A program made the position numbers and the translations under genes. From Candidatus Omnitrophota bacterium (GTDB taxonomy: Bacteria; Omnitrophota; Gorgyraeia; Gygaellales; Profunditerraquicolaceae): a DNA stretch of 64,000 nt. Below, in pieces: positions 19,192 to 28,435 of the stretch. The stretch covers positions 6,448-70,447 of the forward strand of contig JAQUOV010000001.1 of the NCBI GenBank assembly GCA_028716965.1. The letters run 5' to 3'. Under the pieces are notes generated by a model, which was not told the origin of the DNA, searched no databases, and was given only the letters and a program-made list of their open reading frames with translations. Every line of letters begins with the position of its first letter. The first letter of the stretch is position 1.

Positions 19192-19253
19192 CTCTATGTT
19201 AATCAATTAGTTCTGTAAGAAATGTTTTTGAGAATATACCTTAGATAAGCTTA

Positions 19254-20540
19254 TTATTTTCGGAGAGTTGTTTTGAAGGCTTGGGTTAAGGCCGGGACAA
19301 CCTGAAACAGGTCACCTACAATTCCATAAGTGGCTAACTTGAAAATCGGCGCTTCGGGGTCTTTGTTTATGGCAATAATAATCTTTGAAGATTGCATGCC
19401 GACAAGATGCTGTATCTGTCCGGATATCCCGCAGGCAATATAGATCTTTGGAGCTACTGTCCTTCCGGTTTGCCCGACCTGATGTGAATAAGGCATCCAG
19501 CCGTTGTCTACTGCCGCGCGGCTTGAGCCGACTGCGGCTCCCAGGACATGCGCTAATTCTTCCAGTAATTTAAAATTCTCCGCTCCTCCCATACCGCGTC
19601 CGCCGGAAACAATAATATCAGCCTCGGACAAGTTCACCGTAGATTCAATCTCTTCAATTATATCCAAAAGCTTTGTGCGCGAAACATAAAGAGATCTGTC
19701 AAAACTTTCCTTTATAATCCTGCCTTTACGTTTCTTGTCCGCCGGCATAGGCGCAAACACCTTATGCCGGACTGTCGCCATCTGCGGGCGGTAATTCGGG
19801 GAAATAATTGTCGCCATGATATTGCCGCCGAAAGCCGGCCGCGTCTGTAAGAGTATCTTTTTGTCAGGTTCAATATCTAATCCCGTGCAATCTGCAGTTA
19901 AGCCGGCTTTAATATTTATCGCAACGCGTGAAATTAAAGACCTTCCGATATTTGTCGCCCCGCATAAAAGGATTTCGGGTTTATATTTTTTTACCAGCTC
20001 AACCAAAATATTAGTATATGGTTCATCCTGGAAATTCGCTAGCGTCGGGTCCTCTACCAGGTATATATTATCCGCTCCGCAAAAGATCAACTCATCCAGC
20101 TGGTCCTCTAATTTATTACCGATCAAAACCCCGCTCACCTGGCAATTTAATTTCCTGGCCAGCTCCTGGGCCTTGCCTAATAATTCATACGAAACCGACT
20201 GCACTCTCCCGTTCTTCTGCTCAATAAATACCCAAATCCCCTTATAATCTTTTATATCCGGCAGGTCGCATTTAGCTGGAGTCTTTTCTATCAAGATTGC
20301 CTTAAATTTACAGGCTTCTTTACAGGCCCCACAAAGCGTACACTTATTTAAATCAATTACCGCTTTCTTATGGCTTCGGCTATGGCTTTGGCTAAAGGAA
20401 GCCGAACCATCGCCCTCTGGCTTATCGGAGGCCGAGCCACTGCTGTCTAGCTTGTCCATTATACGGATAGCATCAAACGGGCATGCCTTTACGCAAAGCG
20501 TACAACCCGTGCACTTTTCAATAATGATCGATATAGGCAT
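19254..20540 (-). CDS. etfA: Electron transfer flavoprotein alpha subunit with N-terminal 2x[4Fe-4S] ferredoxin domain (CarE/FixB-like)
   Basis: CTGCTLCVKACPF and CTLCGACKEACKF cysteine clusters, then an Etf alpha FAD domain (…GISGQIQHLVGM…). An in-frame repeat insertion (SGSASDKPEGDGSASFSQSHSRSH) lies between the two Cys clusters. Confidence 0.85.
   Translation of the reverse strand: MPISIIIEKCTGCTLCVKACPFDAIRIMDKLDSSGSASDKPEGDGSASFSQSHSRSHKKAVIDLNKCTLCGACKEACKFKAILIEKTPAKCDLPDIKDYKGIWVFIEQKNGRVQSVSYELLGKAQELARKLNCQVSGVLIGNKLEDQLDELIFCGADNIYLVEDPTLANFQDEPYTNILVELVKKYKPEILLCGATNIGRSLISRVAINIKAGLTADCTGLDIEPDKKILLQTRPAFGGNIMATIISPNYRPQMATVRHKVFAPMPADKKRKGRIIKESFDRSLYVSRTKLLDIIEEIESTVNLSEADIIVSGGRGMGGAENFKLLEELAHVLGAAVGSSRAAVDNGWMPYSHQVGQTGRTVAPKIYIACGISGQIQHLVGMQSSKIIIAINKDPEAPIFKLATYGIVGDLFQVVPALTQAFKTTLRK
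20368..20445. repeat. Repeat family C copy inside etfA (in frame)
   Basis: CTTATGGCTTCGGCTATGGCTTTGGCTAAAGGAAGCCGAACCATCGCCCTCTGGCTTATCGGAGGCCGAGCC. Homologous to the recX and pgk copies and translated in the same frame (PEGxGSASxSxSH). Confidence 0.75.
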
Positions 20541-20542
20541 AC

Positions 20543-21325
20543 TTATTTTACCTCATCCTTAATTAAATCCACCAGTTGTTTGGCAATATCAGCAACCTCG
20601 CCGGTAAGTATCTGGCCTCCAACTCTGGGAGTAGGAGTAAAAATTTTCACAACCTGGGTAGGCGAACCGCACAAACCGATCTGCTGCGGATCCAATTGTA
20701 ACTCTTTCTGGGTAAACGTAGTAATCTTGGCCGACTTTGCCTTCATCAGGCCTCTTAACGAAGGAATCCTCGGCTCATTGATCTCTTTGACTACGGTTAA
20801 AAGCGCCGGAAGCGGGGTCTCAATGATTTCAAATCCCTCTTCAAGCATCCTCTCAACCTTCATCAATTTATCGGTTGCCTCTTCTATGTTCTTAACATAA
20901 GTTACCTGGGGAATATTTAAATGCGTGGATATCCCCGGCCCGACCTGCGCCGTATCCCCGTCTGAAGCCTGCTTGCCGCAAATAATCAAATCAAACGCAC
21001 CCAGCTTTTTAATCGCTCCGGCCAAAGTATAGCTGGTTGCCCATGTATCGCTTCCGGCAAAAGCGCGGTCGCAGACCAAAAACCCTTCATCAGCTCCCAT
21101 AGAAATTGCTTCGCGTAAGGCGCTATCCGCTTGAGGAGGCCCCATAGTCAAAACAGAGACCTTGCCACTGAACCTTTCCTTAAGCCGCACCGCCTCTTCA
21201 ATCGCGTACATATCAAAAGGATTAATAATCGACTTTACCCCTTCACGCATAAGCGTATTTGTCTCGGGGTTAATTCTTACCTCAGTTGTTTCAGGGACCT
21301 GTTTTATGCAAACCACTATATTCAT
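20543..21325 (-). CDS. etfB: Electron transfer flavoprotein beta subunit
   Basis: MNIVVCIKQVPETTEVRI... is typical EtfB/FixA. Confidence 0.85.
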   Translation of the reverse strand: MNIVVCIKQVPETTEVRINPETNTLMREGVKSIINPFDMYAIEEAVRLKERFSGKVSVLTMGPPQADSALREAISMGADEGFLVCDRAFAGSDTWATSYTLAGAIKKLGAFDLIICGKQASDGDTAQVGPGISTHLNIPQVTYVKNIEEATDKLMKVERMLEEGFEIIETPLPALLTVVKEINEPRIPSLRGLMKAKSAKITTFTQKELQLDPQQIGLCGSPTQVVKIFTPTPRVGGQILTGEVADIAKQLVDLIKDEVK

Positions 21326-21421
21326 CTCTTAATCCTGTCTGATTATTTCACTTACTCAAACTTACTTACTATTACTTATTCTTATTTACTATTACCTATT
21401 CTTGCCTCTGATTCTCCCTAC

Positions 21422-21440
21422 ATTCTACATACTACATACT
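21422..21440. promoter_or_regulatory. Conserved intergenic motif F (ATTCTACATACTACATACT)
   Basis: Related copies at 7302-7326 and 23232-23257. Each lies just upstream of an internal gene start and its Shine-Dalgarno sequence. In the gene sense it reads GTAGTAGGTAGAAT-like (TAGAAT, a -10-like hexamer). Confidence 0.35.
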
Positions 21441-21443
21441 GCC

Positions 21444-22595
21444 TTACTTCGCCATCTCTTTAATCAACTGCAAAGCGATTATATTACGCTGCACCTGGTT
21501 TGTCCCTTCGTAAATCTGAGTAATCTTGGCATCGCGCACATATTTCTCAATCGGATAATCTTTCATATAGCCATACCCGCCGAATAACTGCAAGGCATCC
21601 ACCGTGACCTTCATCGCGACATCCGAAGCATACATCTTAGCCATTGCTGATTCCTTTGCCACATCTTTAATCCCCGCATCAACCATCCTGGCCGTAGAAT
21701 ATACTAACCCGCGCGCTGCCTCCACCTCCGTAGCCATATCTGCGAGCATCCACTGGACTCCCTGGAAACTTGAGATAGACTTGCCGAACTGCACCCTCTC
21801 GCGCACATATTTTACCGCCAACTCCAGCGCTCCCTGGGCAATACCCAAAGCCTGGGCTGCTACTCCCGGGCGCGACATATCAAAAGTTTTCATCGTTACG
21901 ATAAAACCCATCCCTTCTTTGGAAAGAAGGTTTTTGGCGGGGATCTTGCAGTCCGTAAAAACCAACTCGCGTGTGCTGGACGCCCGGATCCCAAACTTAT
22001 CCTCTTTTTTGCCGAAAGTAAAACCGGGGATACCTTTTTCAACAATAAAAGCGGAAGCCCCGCGGGCTCCTTTTGACTTATTAGTCATAGCAATCACGAC
22101 ATAAGTCTCCGCATCTCCGCCGTTGGTAATAAAATGCTTCAGGCCGTTTAAAATATAATAATCGCCTTCTTTTTTAGCGGTAGTCTTAATACCTGAAGCA
22201 TCTGATCCTGCCTCCGGCTCGGTAATCGCAAATGCCGCTACTTTCTTCCCCTTTGCCAGGTCCGGCAGGTATTTTTTCTTCTGTTCATCATCCCCGAATA
22301 ACACAATCGGGAATGTCCCCAGGGCGCTTGCCGCGTAGCAAACGGCAATTCCTCCGCAGGCGCGGGAAAACTCCTCAGTGGCAAGGCATAAATTAAAAAC
22401 GCTGGTGGCAAAGCCGCCGTACTCCTCAGGGATAAACAATCCGAACATATCGGATTCTGCCATAACCTTTAAAACATCCCAGGGGTATTCTTCGCTAATA
22501 TCATATTTAGCCGCAACAGGCCGGATCTTGTCTTCGGCAATCTTATGCGCCAAATCCTTAATCATCTTCTGTTCATCAGTCAACAAATAATCCAT
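21444..22595 (-). CDS. bcd: Acyl-CoA dehydrogenase (butyryl-CoA dehydrogenase-like)
   Basis: 383 aa ACAD fold (…YEGTNQVQRNIIA…). Adjacent to etfBA. Confidence 0.85.
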   Translation of the reverse strand: MDYLLTDEQKMIKDLAHKIAEDKIRPVAAKYDISEEYPWDVLKVMAESDMFGLFIPEEYGGFATSVFNLCLATEEFSRACGGIAVCYAASALGTFPIVLFGDDEQKKKYLPDLAKGKKVAAFAITEPEAGSDASGIKTTAKKEGDYYILNGLKHFITNGGDAETYVVIAMTNKSKGARGASAFIVEKGIPGFTFGKKEDKFGIRASSTRELVFTDCKIPAKNLLSKEGMGFIVTMKTFDMSRPGVAAQALGIAQGALELAVKYVRERVQFGKSISSFQGVQWMLADMATEVEAARGLVYSTARMVDAGIKDVAKESAMAKMYASDVAMKVTVDALQLFGGYGYMKDYPIEKYVRDAKITQIYEGTNQVQRNIIALQLIKEMAK

Positions 22596-22619
22596 CTCTC
22601 CTCCTCTTTATTTTACCCT

Positions 22620-22717
22620 AGGGACGTTTCTGATCCCAAAGCAAGACCTGTCCCCGACCCAAAGCTAGAAGTGTCCCCATTATAGCATTCTCCCAATCAA
22701 GACACTCCTTAGCCTTA
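22620..22717. repeat. Repeat family D (degenerate copy): AGGGACGTTTCT...CAAAGC-AGA-CTGTCCCC
   Basis: Shares AGGGACGTTTCT, CAAAGC(G/A)AGA(A/C)CTGTCCCC with the nested palindrome at 37423-37499. Confidence 0.55.
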
Positions 22718-22768
22718 ACCGGGGACGCAAACTGCCAAGTTTAAAAATTGTACCATATAATTTAGATT

Positions 22769-23218
22769 TTACAAGATTTTTAACAGGGCAACCTCTTGGC
22801 AATCGGGGAATTTACAGCAGTTAATGCACTCCGCCCATATCTTATGCGGCAAAGCTGCGTGCTTAATCTTTCTAAAACCTAACTTTCTAAAAAATTCCGG
22901 TTTATAGGTAAGTACAAAAATCTTCTTTGCCCCCATAACCTTTGCTTCCGCCAGGCAAGCCGTAACCAGGTCTTTTCCAAGGCCTTTGCCTTGTTTATTT
23001 TTAGCAACTGCCAAAGATTTAATCTCGGCTAAATCATCCCAGGAAATATGCAAGGCCGCGCAGCCTGCCAGCTTACCCCTATCCTCATACACCCAGAAAT
23101 CCCTTATATTCTCATAAAGCTCGTTGAGCGACCTGGGCAGCATCACATCCTGTTTCGCAAAACAGCCAATCAACTCCTGAATCTTTTTTATATCTTCTAT
23201 TTTTGCTTTCCTGATCAT
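22769..23218 (-). CDS. GNAT family N-acetyltransferase (N-acetylglutamate synthase-like short form)
   Basis: 149 aa; acetyl-CoA motif QGKGLGKDLV. A C-terminal Cys cluster (CINCCKFPDC) is unusual. Confidence 0.65.
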   Translation of the reverse strand: MIRKAKIEDIKKIQELIGCFAKQDVMLPRSLNELYENIRDFWVYEDRGKLAGCAALHISWDDLAEIKSLAVAKNKQGKGLGKDLVTACLAEAKVMGAKKIFVLTYKPEFFRKLGFRKIKHAALPHKIWAECINCCKFPDCQEVALLKIL

Positions 23219-23231
23219 TGCCTTTCCCTGT

Positions 23232-23257
23232 ATTCTACCTACTACATTCTACATACT
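23232..23257. promoter_or_regulatory. Conserved intergenic motif F copy
   Basis: ATTCTACCTACTACATTCTACATACT, 14-40 nt upstream of the GNAT start. Confidence 0.35.
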
Positions 23258-23270
23258 CGCTATAAAGAAA

Positions 23271-24494
23271 CTACTTGATTTCTGTACCCTTTGCCACCAC
23301 CACGATTCCCGACTCACTGACAAAGAATCTTTTTTTATCCTCTACCGGGTTAAAACCAATAATCATCCCCTGTGGAATATTAATATCTTTATCAATAATC
23401 GCCCGTTTAATTTTGGCATACCTGCCTACATTAACACCCTCCATCAGGATAGAATCATAGACTTCGGAAAAACTATTTATCCTTACATTAGGAGATAATA
23501 TTGACCGCTGTACCCTGCCTCCGGAAACCACGCAGCCTTCAGAGACTACGGAATCAAGCACCAAGCCAACCCTGCCTTCTTCCCGGTCGCCTGAATGTAC
23601 GGTTTTGACCGGTGGATACTGCTCCTGGAAGGTCCTTAACGGCCACTCCTGATCATAAAGATTAAATGTAGGGTTTACCTGGATTAACTCCATATTCGCC
23701 TCATAATAAGCATCAATAGTGCCGATATCCCTCCAATATTCCTCTTTCCTCTCTTTATCGCGGAAATTAAAAGCCACGACCTTCATACCCTTCTTTAACA
23801 TCTGCGGAATAATGTCCTTGCCAAAATCATGGGAAGACTTATGGTTTTTTGCATCTTCAAACAGCTCCTGCATCAGGACAGATTGATTAAATACATATAT
23901 CCCCATTGATCCGTAAATCTTATCCGGCTTTCCGGGAATGGTCTTGGGGCTTGCCGGCTTCTCGTAAAAACCGGTAACCCGGCCAAACCCATCCACCTCT
24001 ACAACTCCAAGGTGTTTAGACTTGCTCTTATCTATCTCCACCACGCCTACCGTAAGGTCGGCGTTCTGCTCACGGTGCACATCAATCATAGAATAGTAAT
24101 TCATTTTATAAATATGGTCCCCGGCTAAAATCAGGACTTCATCCGGCCGGTCCATTTCTAAAGTATAAAGGTTCTGATAAATCGCATCGGCTGTGCCCAT
24201 ATACCAGGAATCCCCTACACGCTGCTGCGCGGGAAGCAATTCTATGAATTGGCCCAGCTCCGAAGGCAGGAAATTCCAACCCAGGCGGATATGCCTCTGC
24301 AAAGACGCTGACTTGTATTGAGTAAGGATATAAATTTTACGCAATCCCGAATTAATGCAATTGCTCAAAGTAAAGTCAATAATCCGGTATATGCCGCCAA
24401 AAGGCACCGCCGGCTTAGTGCGGTCTTTGGTCAAAGGCAAAAGACGCTCGCCCTTTCCGCCAGCCATAATGAAAGTTAAGACTTTACGCATCAT
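23271..24494 (-). CDS. glgC: Glucose-1-phosphate adenylyltransferase
   Basis: [43 protein letters not shown] is canonical GlgC. Confidence 0.85.
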   Translation of the reverse strand: MMRKVLTFIMAGGKGERLLPLTKDRTKPAVPFGGIYRIIDFTLSNCINSGLRKIYILTQYKSASLQRHIRLGWNFLPSELGQFIELLPAQQRVGDSWYMGTADAIYQNLYTLEMDRPDEVLILAGDHIYKMNYYSMIDVHREQNADLTVGVVEIDKSKSKHLGVVEVDGFGRVTGFYEKPASPKTIPGKPDKIYGSMGIYVFNQSVLMQELFEDAKNHKSSHDFGKDIIPQMLKKGMKVVAFNFRDKERKEEYWRDIGTIDAYYEANMELIQVNPTFNLYDQEWPLRTFQEQYPPVKTVHSGDREEGRVGLVLDSVVSEGCVVSGGRVQRSILSPNVRINSFSEVYDSILMEGVNVGRYAKIKRAIIDKDINIPQGMIIGFNPVEDKKRFFVSESGIVVVAKGTEIK

Positions 24495-25096
24495 TTCAAA
24501 AACGCTCCGATTATACCGTGCCTGATCATCATCACCGCGATTGCCGCCAGTAATATATACATTATTTTGGAAAATGCCCTTGTGCCGCTGGGGCCGATCA
24601 CCTTCATGATTGTATCAGTCTTGGCCAAAGTAATCCAGACAAAAAGCATATTCAATATTAATGAGACCAATGTCACCACGGCGCCAAAGCTGTTCATCAT
24701 CATCAAAGTAGTAGTCAAAACAGCAGGCCCCGTGATTAAAGGCGTTCCCAACGGAAACACCCCCATATCTTTATCATGAGAACTGGTCAATACATTCTTT
24801 TGCGCCCCGGGTAATAAAAGCCTTACCGCGATGACAAATAATAATGCGCCCCCCGCTATCTGAAAATCAGGTATAGTTATGCCTAAAAGGGAGAAAACCC
24901 AGGTACCTAAGAACATAAAGAGGACCGCCACTCCTATGGCAGTGACAACCGCATCCAGAATTATCTTATGTCTGTTGATCTTTGAGGAACCCTCAACCAG
25001 GGACAGGAAGATGGGGATATTGCCGATGGCATCCACCGCCACAAACATCGGGATAAAGCTAAGTATATAAGGCTTAAGCGTTTCCATCATAATCAT
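24491..25096 (-). CDS. MarC family (UPF0056) integral membrane protein
   Basis: 201 aa, about 6 TM, MarC-like. Confidence 0.55.
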   Translation of the reverse strand: MIMMETLKPYILSFIPMFVAVDAIGNIPIFLSLVEGSSKINRHKIILDAVVTAIGVAVLFMFLGTWVFSLLGITIPDFQIAGGALLFVIAVRLLLPGAQKNVLTSSHDKDMGVFPLGTPLITGPAVLTTTLMMMNSFGAVVTLVSLILNMLFVWITLAKTDTIMKVIGPSGTRAFSKIMYILLAAIAVMMIRHGIIGAFLK

Positions 25097-25133
25097 ATTA
25101 TATAAAATTGCCCATCAATTGCAATAGATATAA

Positions 25134-25898
25134 TTATAGCGCCCGCTCGGGGCGATCAGCGCGGCTTGACAACTTTTCCATCCACAAACAAAATATGGTG
25201 GACAAATACCCCGCCCCTATTTCTTTTATCCCCCACTTGGAAACACCTTTTTTCCTCCCATACCAATTGACCGGCACAACGCACCATTTATGCCCCCTGA
25301 TAATAGCCTTTAAAGGCATTTCTACCGTAAGATTGAAGCTGCCGGATATAAGCGGAGAGATACACTCTATGGTTCTCCTGGAATAACATTTAAAGGCATT
25401 GGTGGTATCATTGTAAGGCAAGCAAAAAATTACCTGGATAAAAAGATTACCCAGCCTGTTTAATATAAGTTTATGCCATGGATAATGCACAATCCTGGAT
25501 TGTTTAGAAAAGCGTGTCCCAAACACGCAATCATACCCTTCAGCAATCTTATCATAATATTTAATCAGGTCTTCCGGTTCGTCCGATGAATCCGCCATAA
25601 GTATGGCCGCTAAATTGCCCTTAAAAACCTCAAGCCCGCGCCTTACAGCGCACCCATACCCCGGAGCATATATGTTTTTTACCAGGTTGACCCTTCTGTC
25701 GTGTTCGGCTATGCGGCTTAATACTTCAACCGTATTATCATTACTATAATCATCAACTACAATAATTTCAAAAGGTACGGCTGCTTTATCCAAAACCTGA
25801 ATCGCCCTATTCAAGGTATTGGCCAAATTGCCAGCTTCATTTCTGGAAGGTATCACTATAGAAAATAATAATTTTGATTTATCCCTATAATTTTGCAT
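25134..25898 (-). CDS. Glycosyltransferase family 2 (soluble, DPM1-like)
   Basis: FSIVIPSRNEAGNL...IIVVDDYSNDNT DxD region; no TM. Confidence 0.7.
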   Translation of the reverse strand: MQNYRDKSKLLFSIVIPSRNEAGNLANTLNRAIQVLDKAAVPFEIIVVDDYSNDNTVEVLSRIAEHDRRVNLVKNIYAPGYGCAVRRGLEVFKGNLAAILMADSSDEPEDLIKYYDKIAEGYDCVFGTRFSKQSRIVHYPWHKLILNRLGNLFIQVIFCLPYNDTTNAFKCYSRRTIECISPLISGSFNLTVEMPLKAIIRGHKWCVVPVNWYGRKKGVSKWGIKEIGAGYLSTIFCLWMEKLSSRADRPERAL

Positions 25899-25936
25899 GG
25901 ATTAAATTACTAAAGCTGGCTCAAATAATCAATATT

Positions 25937-27082
25937 TTACTCTATCTTATGAATCAAAGGTAAACAAAGAAAACTGGTCAAGGCGGATAAAACAATCAGC
26001 CATTTCAAACCGATAAGCGGAAGCAGGAACGCTCCTGACAAATTACCGGCTGTGCCGGAAAGGTTATTTATGCTGCACAACAAAGCAAAAGAGGTAGCCT
26101 CAAGCCCTTTTATTGAATGGCGGGCCATAAAATCCATCACCATCAGGAATATAAACATCCCCAGGAAACTGTATACCACATCATAAGCGACAGCAGTTAC
26201 AGGTGTATAATACAGGTAACTTAAAGTAGTCAGCGCACCCAGGAATACTGAAAAATACAGCCACTTCTTAATATCTATTCTCTGGCTGAATTTATAATAC
26301 AATAGCGAACCTGCGACACCGAATAAGGTACTGATGGTCCCTAAAGTCCCGATCCACATCTTACCCCACTTAAAAGTGTCCCGTTGTATAAAAAATAACG
26401 GCGTGCCAAAAGAGGGGGAATATTTATATAAGAAAATAAACAAACCGATAATCAATATCTTTTTATCGCTAAAAAGCCTCTTCAGGTCCGACAACAAAGA
26501 CGCGTACTTTTTCTCAAGCCCCTCCTCTTGATAAAAATAAGCCGGCAGCCCTACTAACAAATAAACCGGGACAAGGCATAGAAAACCAACCTTGTAATCC
26601 CATTTCTCGGCGATAAAAGCCCCTCCTATACCGGTAAACAACCCCGCCACTAAAATCGAAACCCACTGGATACTCTGGATCTTGCCGGTAGCCCGGTATT
26701 TCTTGCCTTCCACGCACATTATACCGTCAACCGCTACATCACGGAAAGCCGCGTTAGAAGAAGTAATCACAAGCAAGACTACCAGGAAAACAAGCGGCAT
26801 CTGCATCAAGCCCAAGAATAAAACAAAAACTATATCTAAAAACAAAGAAATGAATACCCAAACCCTTTTCGTAAAGAGATGGTCTATCACATAACCGATT
26901 AAGGGTTTGACCATCCAGGCAAAAGTAGTGATACTGCCGAGGATCATTATCTTTTCCGGGGAAAAATGTAAAGTTTCCTTAAGATAATAGAATAACCCTT
27001 GAGCGGGTAACCCTTCTATGCCTTGAGTAAAATAGACCGCGCTGCTTAAGGCAAATACCCAAAAAAGCTTTTTATTCTTCAT
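25937..27082 (-). CDS. Multi-pass membrane transporter (MFS/BT1 folate-biopterin transporter-like)
   Basis: About 12 TM. The ORF-track start at 27115 (MERYIKRLLIN) is encoded by the conserved upstream element E, so the ATG at 27082 (MKNKKLFWVF) is preferred. Confidence 0.5.
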   Translation of the reverse strand: MKNKKLFWVFALSSAVYFTQGIEGLPAQGLFYYLKETLHFSPEKIMILGSITTFAWMVKPLIGYVIDHLFTKRVWVFISLFLDIVFVLFLGLMQMPLVFLVVLLVITSSNAAFRDVAVDGIMCVEGKKYRATGKIQSIQWVSILVAGLFTGIGGAFIAEKWDYKVGFLCLVPVYLLVGLPAYFYQEEGLEKKYASLLSDLKRLFSDKKILIIGLFIFLYKYSPSFGTPLFFIQRDTFKWGKMWIGTLGTISTLFGVAGSLLYYKFSQRIDIKKWLYFSVFLGALTTLSYLYYTPVTAVAYDVVYSFLGMFIFLMVMDFMARHSIKGLEATSFALLCSINNLSGTAGNLSGAFLLPLIGLKWLIVLSALTSFLCLPLIHKIE

Positions 27083-27091
27083 GTTGATTAA

Positions 27092-27143
27092 AAGACGTTT
27101 TATGTATCTCTCCATATATCTGGAGGTTACAAAACAATTATTT
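27092..27143. promoter_or_regulatory. Conserved upstream element E: AAGACGTTTTATGTATCTCT-N-GGTTACAAAACAATTATTT
   Basis: About 50 nt, nearly identical to 11257-11309 upstream of alaS. Rearranged partial copies occur at 33028-33050 and 39981-40050. Confidence 0.5.
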
Positions 27144-27212
27144 CTTGCTAAATCAAATAGTAAAGGCTACCAGTAGACTGGTAGCCTTTAAAAGTATAAA
27201 TAGACATATCTA

Positions 27213-27665
27213 TTACTCAGCTTTTCCCGCCTCCGGATTAGCTTTTTCTGCAGGAGATGCTATTTTAGATGCTTCTACTTTCGGCGCCTCTGCTTTTGCA
27301 GCTTCCATTTTTAAAACCCCTGGTTTAGCTGTTTCTGCCTTAACCGGCTCTGTTTTCGCATCCCCTGGTTTAGCTGTCCCTGCTTTTGCCGCTTCTGTTT
27401 TTACCGGAACAGGGGGCTTGGCATTACGCATCAACGACTTACTTTGCTTAACGGATAATACCGCCAAACTCAAACAAGTCAGGAAAAATACTACAGACAT
27501 GATTGTTGTCGTTCGCGTGAGAAAAACGCTGGTCTTTGTTCCGAACATCGACTCAACACCGGCAAAGCTTTCCACAAGACCTGCCCCCCTCCCACGCTGG
27601 ATTAAAACCAAGGTGATTAAAACCAAACAGGCAGTCACATGGATTACGATTATTAACGTCATCAT
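27213..27665 (-). CDS. secG: Preprotein translocase subunit SecG with a low-complexity Ala/Lys/Pro/Glu-rich C-terminal tail
   Basis: N-terminus LIQRGRGAGLVESFAGVESMFGTKTSVFLTRTT matches the SecG signature. It lies immediately downstream of tpiA, the conserved tpiA-secG arrangement. Confidence 0.7.
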   Translation of the reverse strand: MMTLIIVIHVTACLVLITLVLIQRGRGAGLVESFAGVESMFGTKTSVFLTRTTTIMSVVFFLTCLSLAVLSVKQSKSLMRNAKPPVPVKTEAAKAGTAKPGDAKTEPVKAETAKPGVLKMEAAKAEAPKVEASKIASPAEKANPEAGKAE

Positions 27666-28435
27666 TTTACAACCTCGCTTGCTTTAGTTACTATCGCGCT
27701 AAAAGAATCTACCTTCAGGCTTGCTCCCCCAACCAGGGCCCCGTCCACATCCGGCCTCTCCATTAACTGCATGATATTCTCGGGTTTTACGCTTCCGCCA
27801 TACTGGATCCTAATGTTATCCGATACATCCTGGCCGTAATTTTTCTTCAATAGGTCACGGATAAATTTATGCACCTCTTGCGCCTGATCCGGGGTAGCGG
27901 TTTTACCCGTACCGATTGCCCAGACCGGCTCATAAGCAATTATTAAATTCGCTATATCGGAAACATCAACGCCTGCCAACCCATTATTGATATGGTCTTC
28001 AACAACCTTAAATGTTTTATTGGCTTCTCTTTCCTGCAGGTTCTCCCCTACGCAAACAATAGGGATAATCCCGGACTTAAGCGCGGCCTTGATTTTCTTA
28101 TTTACGGTCTCATTGCTTTCGCCAAAAAACTGCCTGCGTTCGGAATGCCCGATAATTGCGTATTGGCAGCCGGCATCCTTTATCATAAGAGGAGAAACCT
28201 CTCCGGTAAAAGCACCTTCCTCCTGCCAATAGATATCCTGCGCGCCTAAACCGATCTCTGTTTCCGTTAAAACTTCCGCTACTTCGCTTAAAGCGGTAAA
28301 TGCCGGGCACAATACCACATCCACTGCCGCAAAATCCAGCTTAAAGAATTCACGCTTTAACCCATTGGCAAGTTCAATTGCCTCCGTGATCGTCTTATAC
28401 ATCTTCCAGTTTCCGGCAATAATTGTTTTTCTCAT
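27662..28435 (-). CDS. tpiA: Triosephosphate isomerase
   Basis: AGNWKMYK..., IIGHSERR, AYEPVWAIGTG. Confidence 0.9.
   Translation of the reverse strand: MRKTIIAGNWKMYKTITEAIELANGLKREFFKLDFAAVDVVLCPAFTALSEVAEVLTETEIGLGAQDIYWQEEGAFTGEVSPLMIKDAGCQYAIIGHSERRQFFGESNETVNKKIKAALKSGIIPIVCVGENLQEREANKTFKVVEDHINNGLAGVDVSDIANLIIAYEPVWAIGTGKTATPDQAQEVHKFIRDLLKKNYGQDVSDNIRIQYGGSVKPENIMQLMERPDVDGALVGGASLKVDSFSAIVTKASEVVK

Noticed and set aside
22769-23218. GNAT gene as a GNAT-type toxin of a toxin-antitoxin pair
   Set aside because: There is no adjacent small antitoxin ORF (RHH/HTH), and the sequence looks like a metabolic acetyltransferase.
27083-27115. N-terminal extension MERYIKRLLIN of the transporter
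   Set aside because: It is encoded by conserved upstream element E, which is clearly non-coding upstream of alaS. The downstream ATG at 27082 is used instead.
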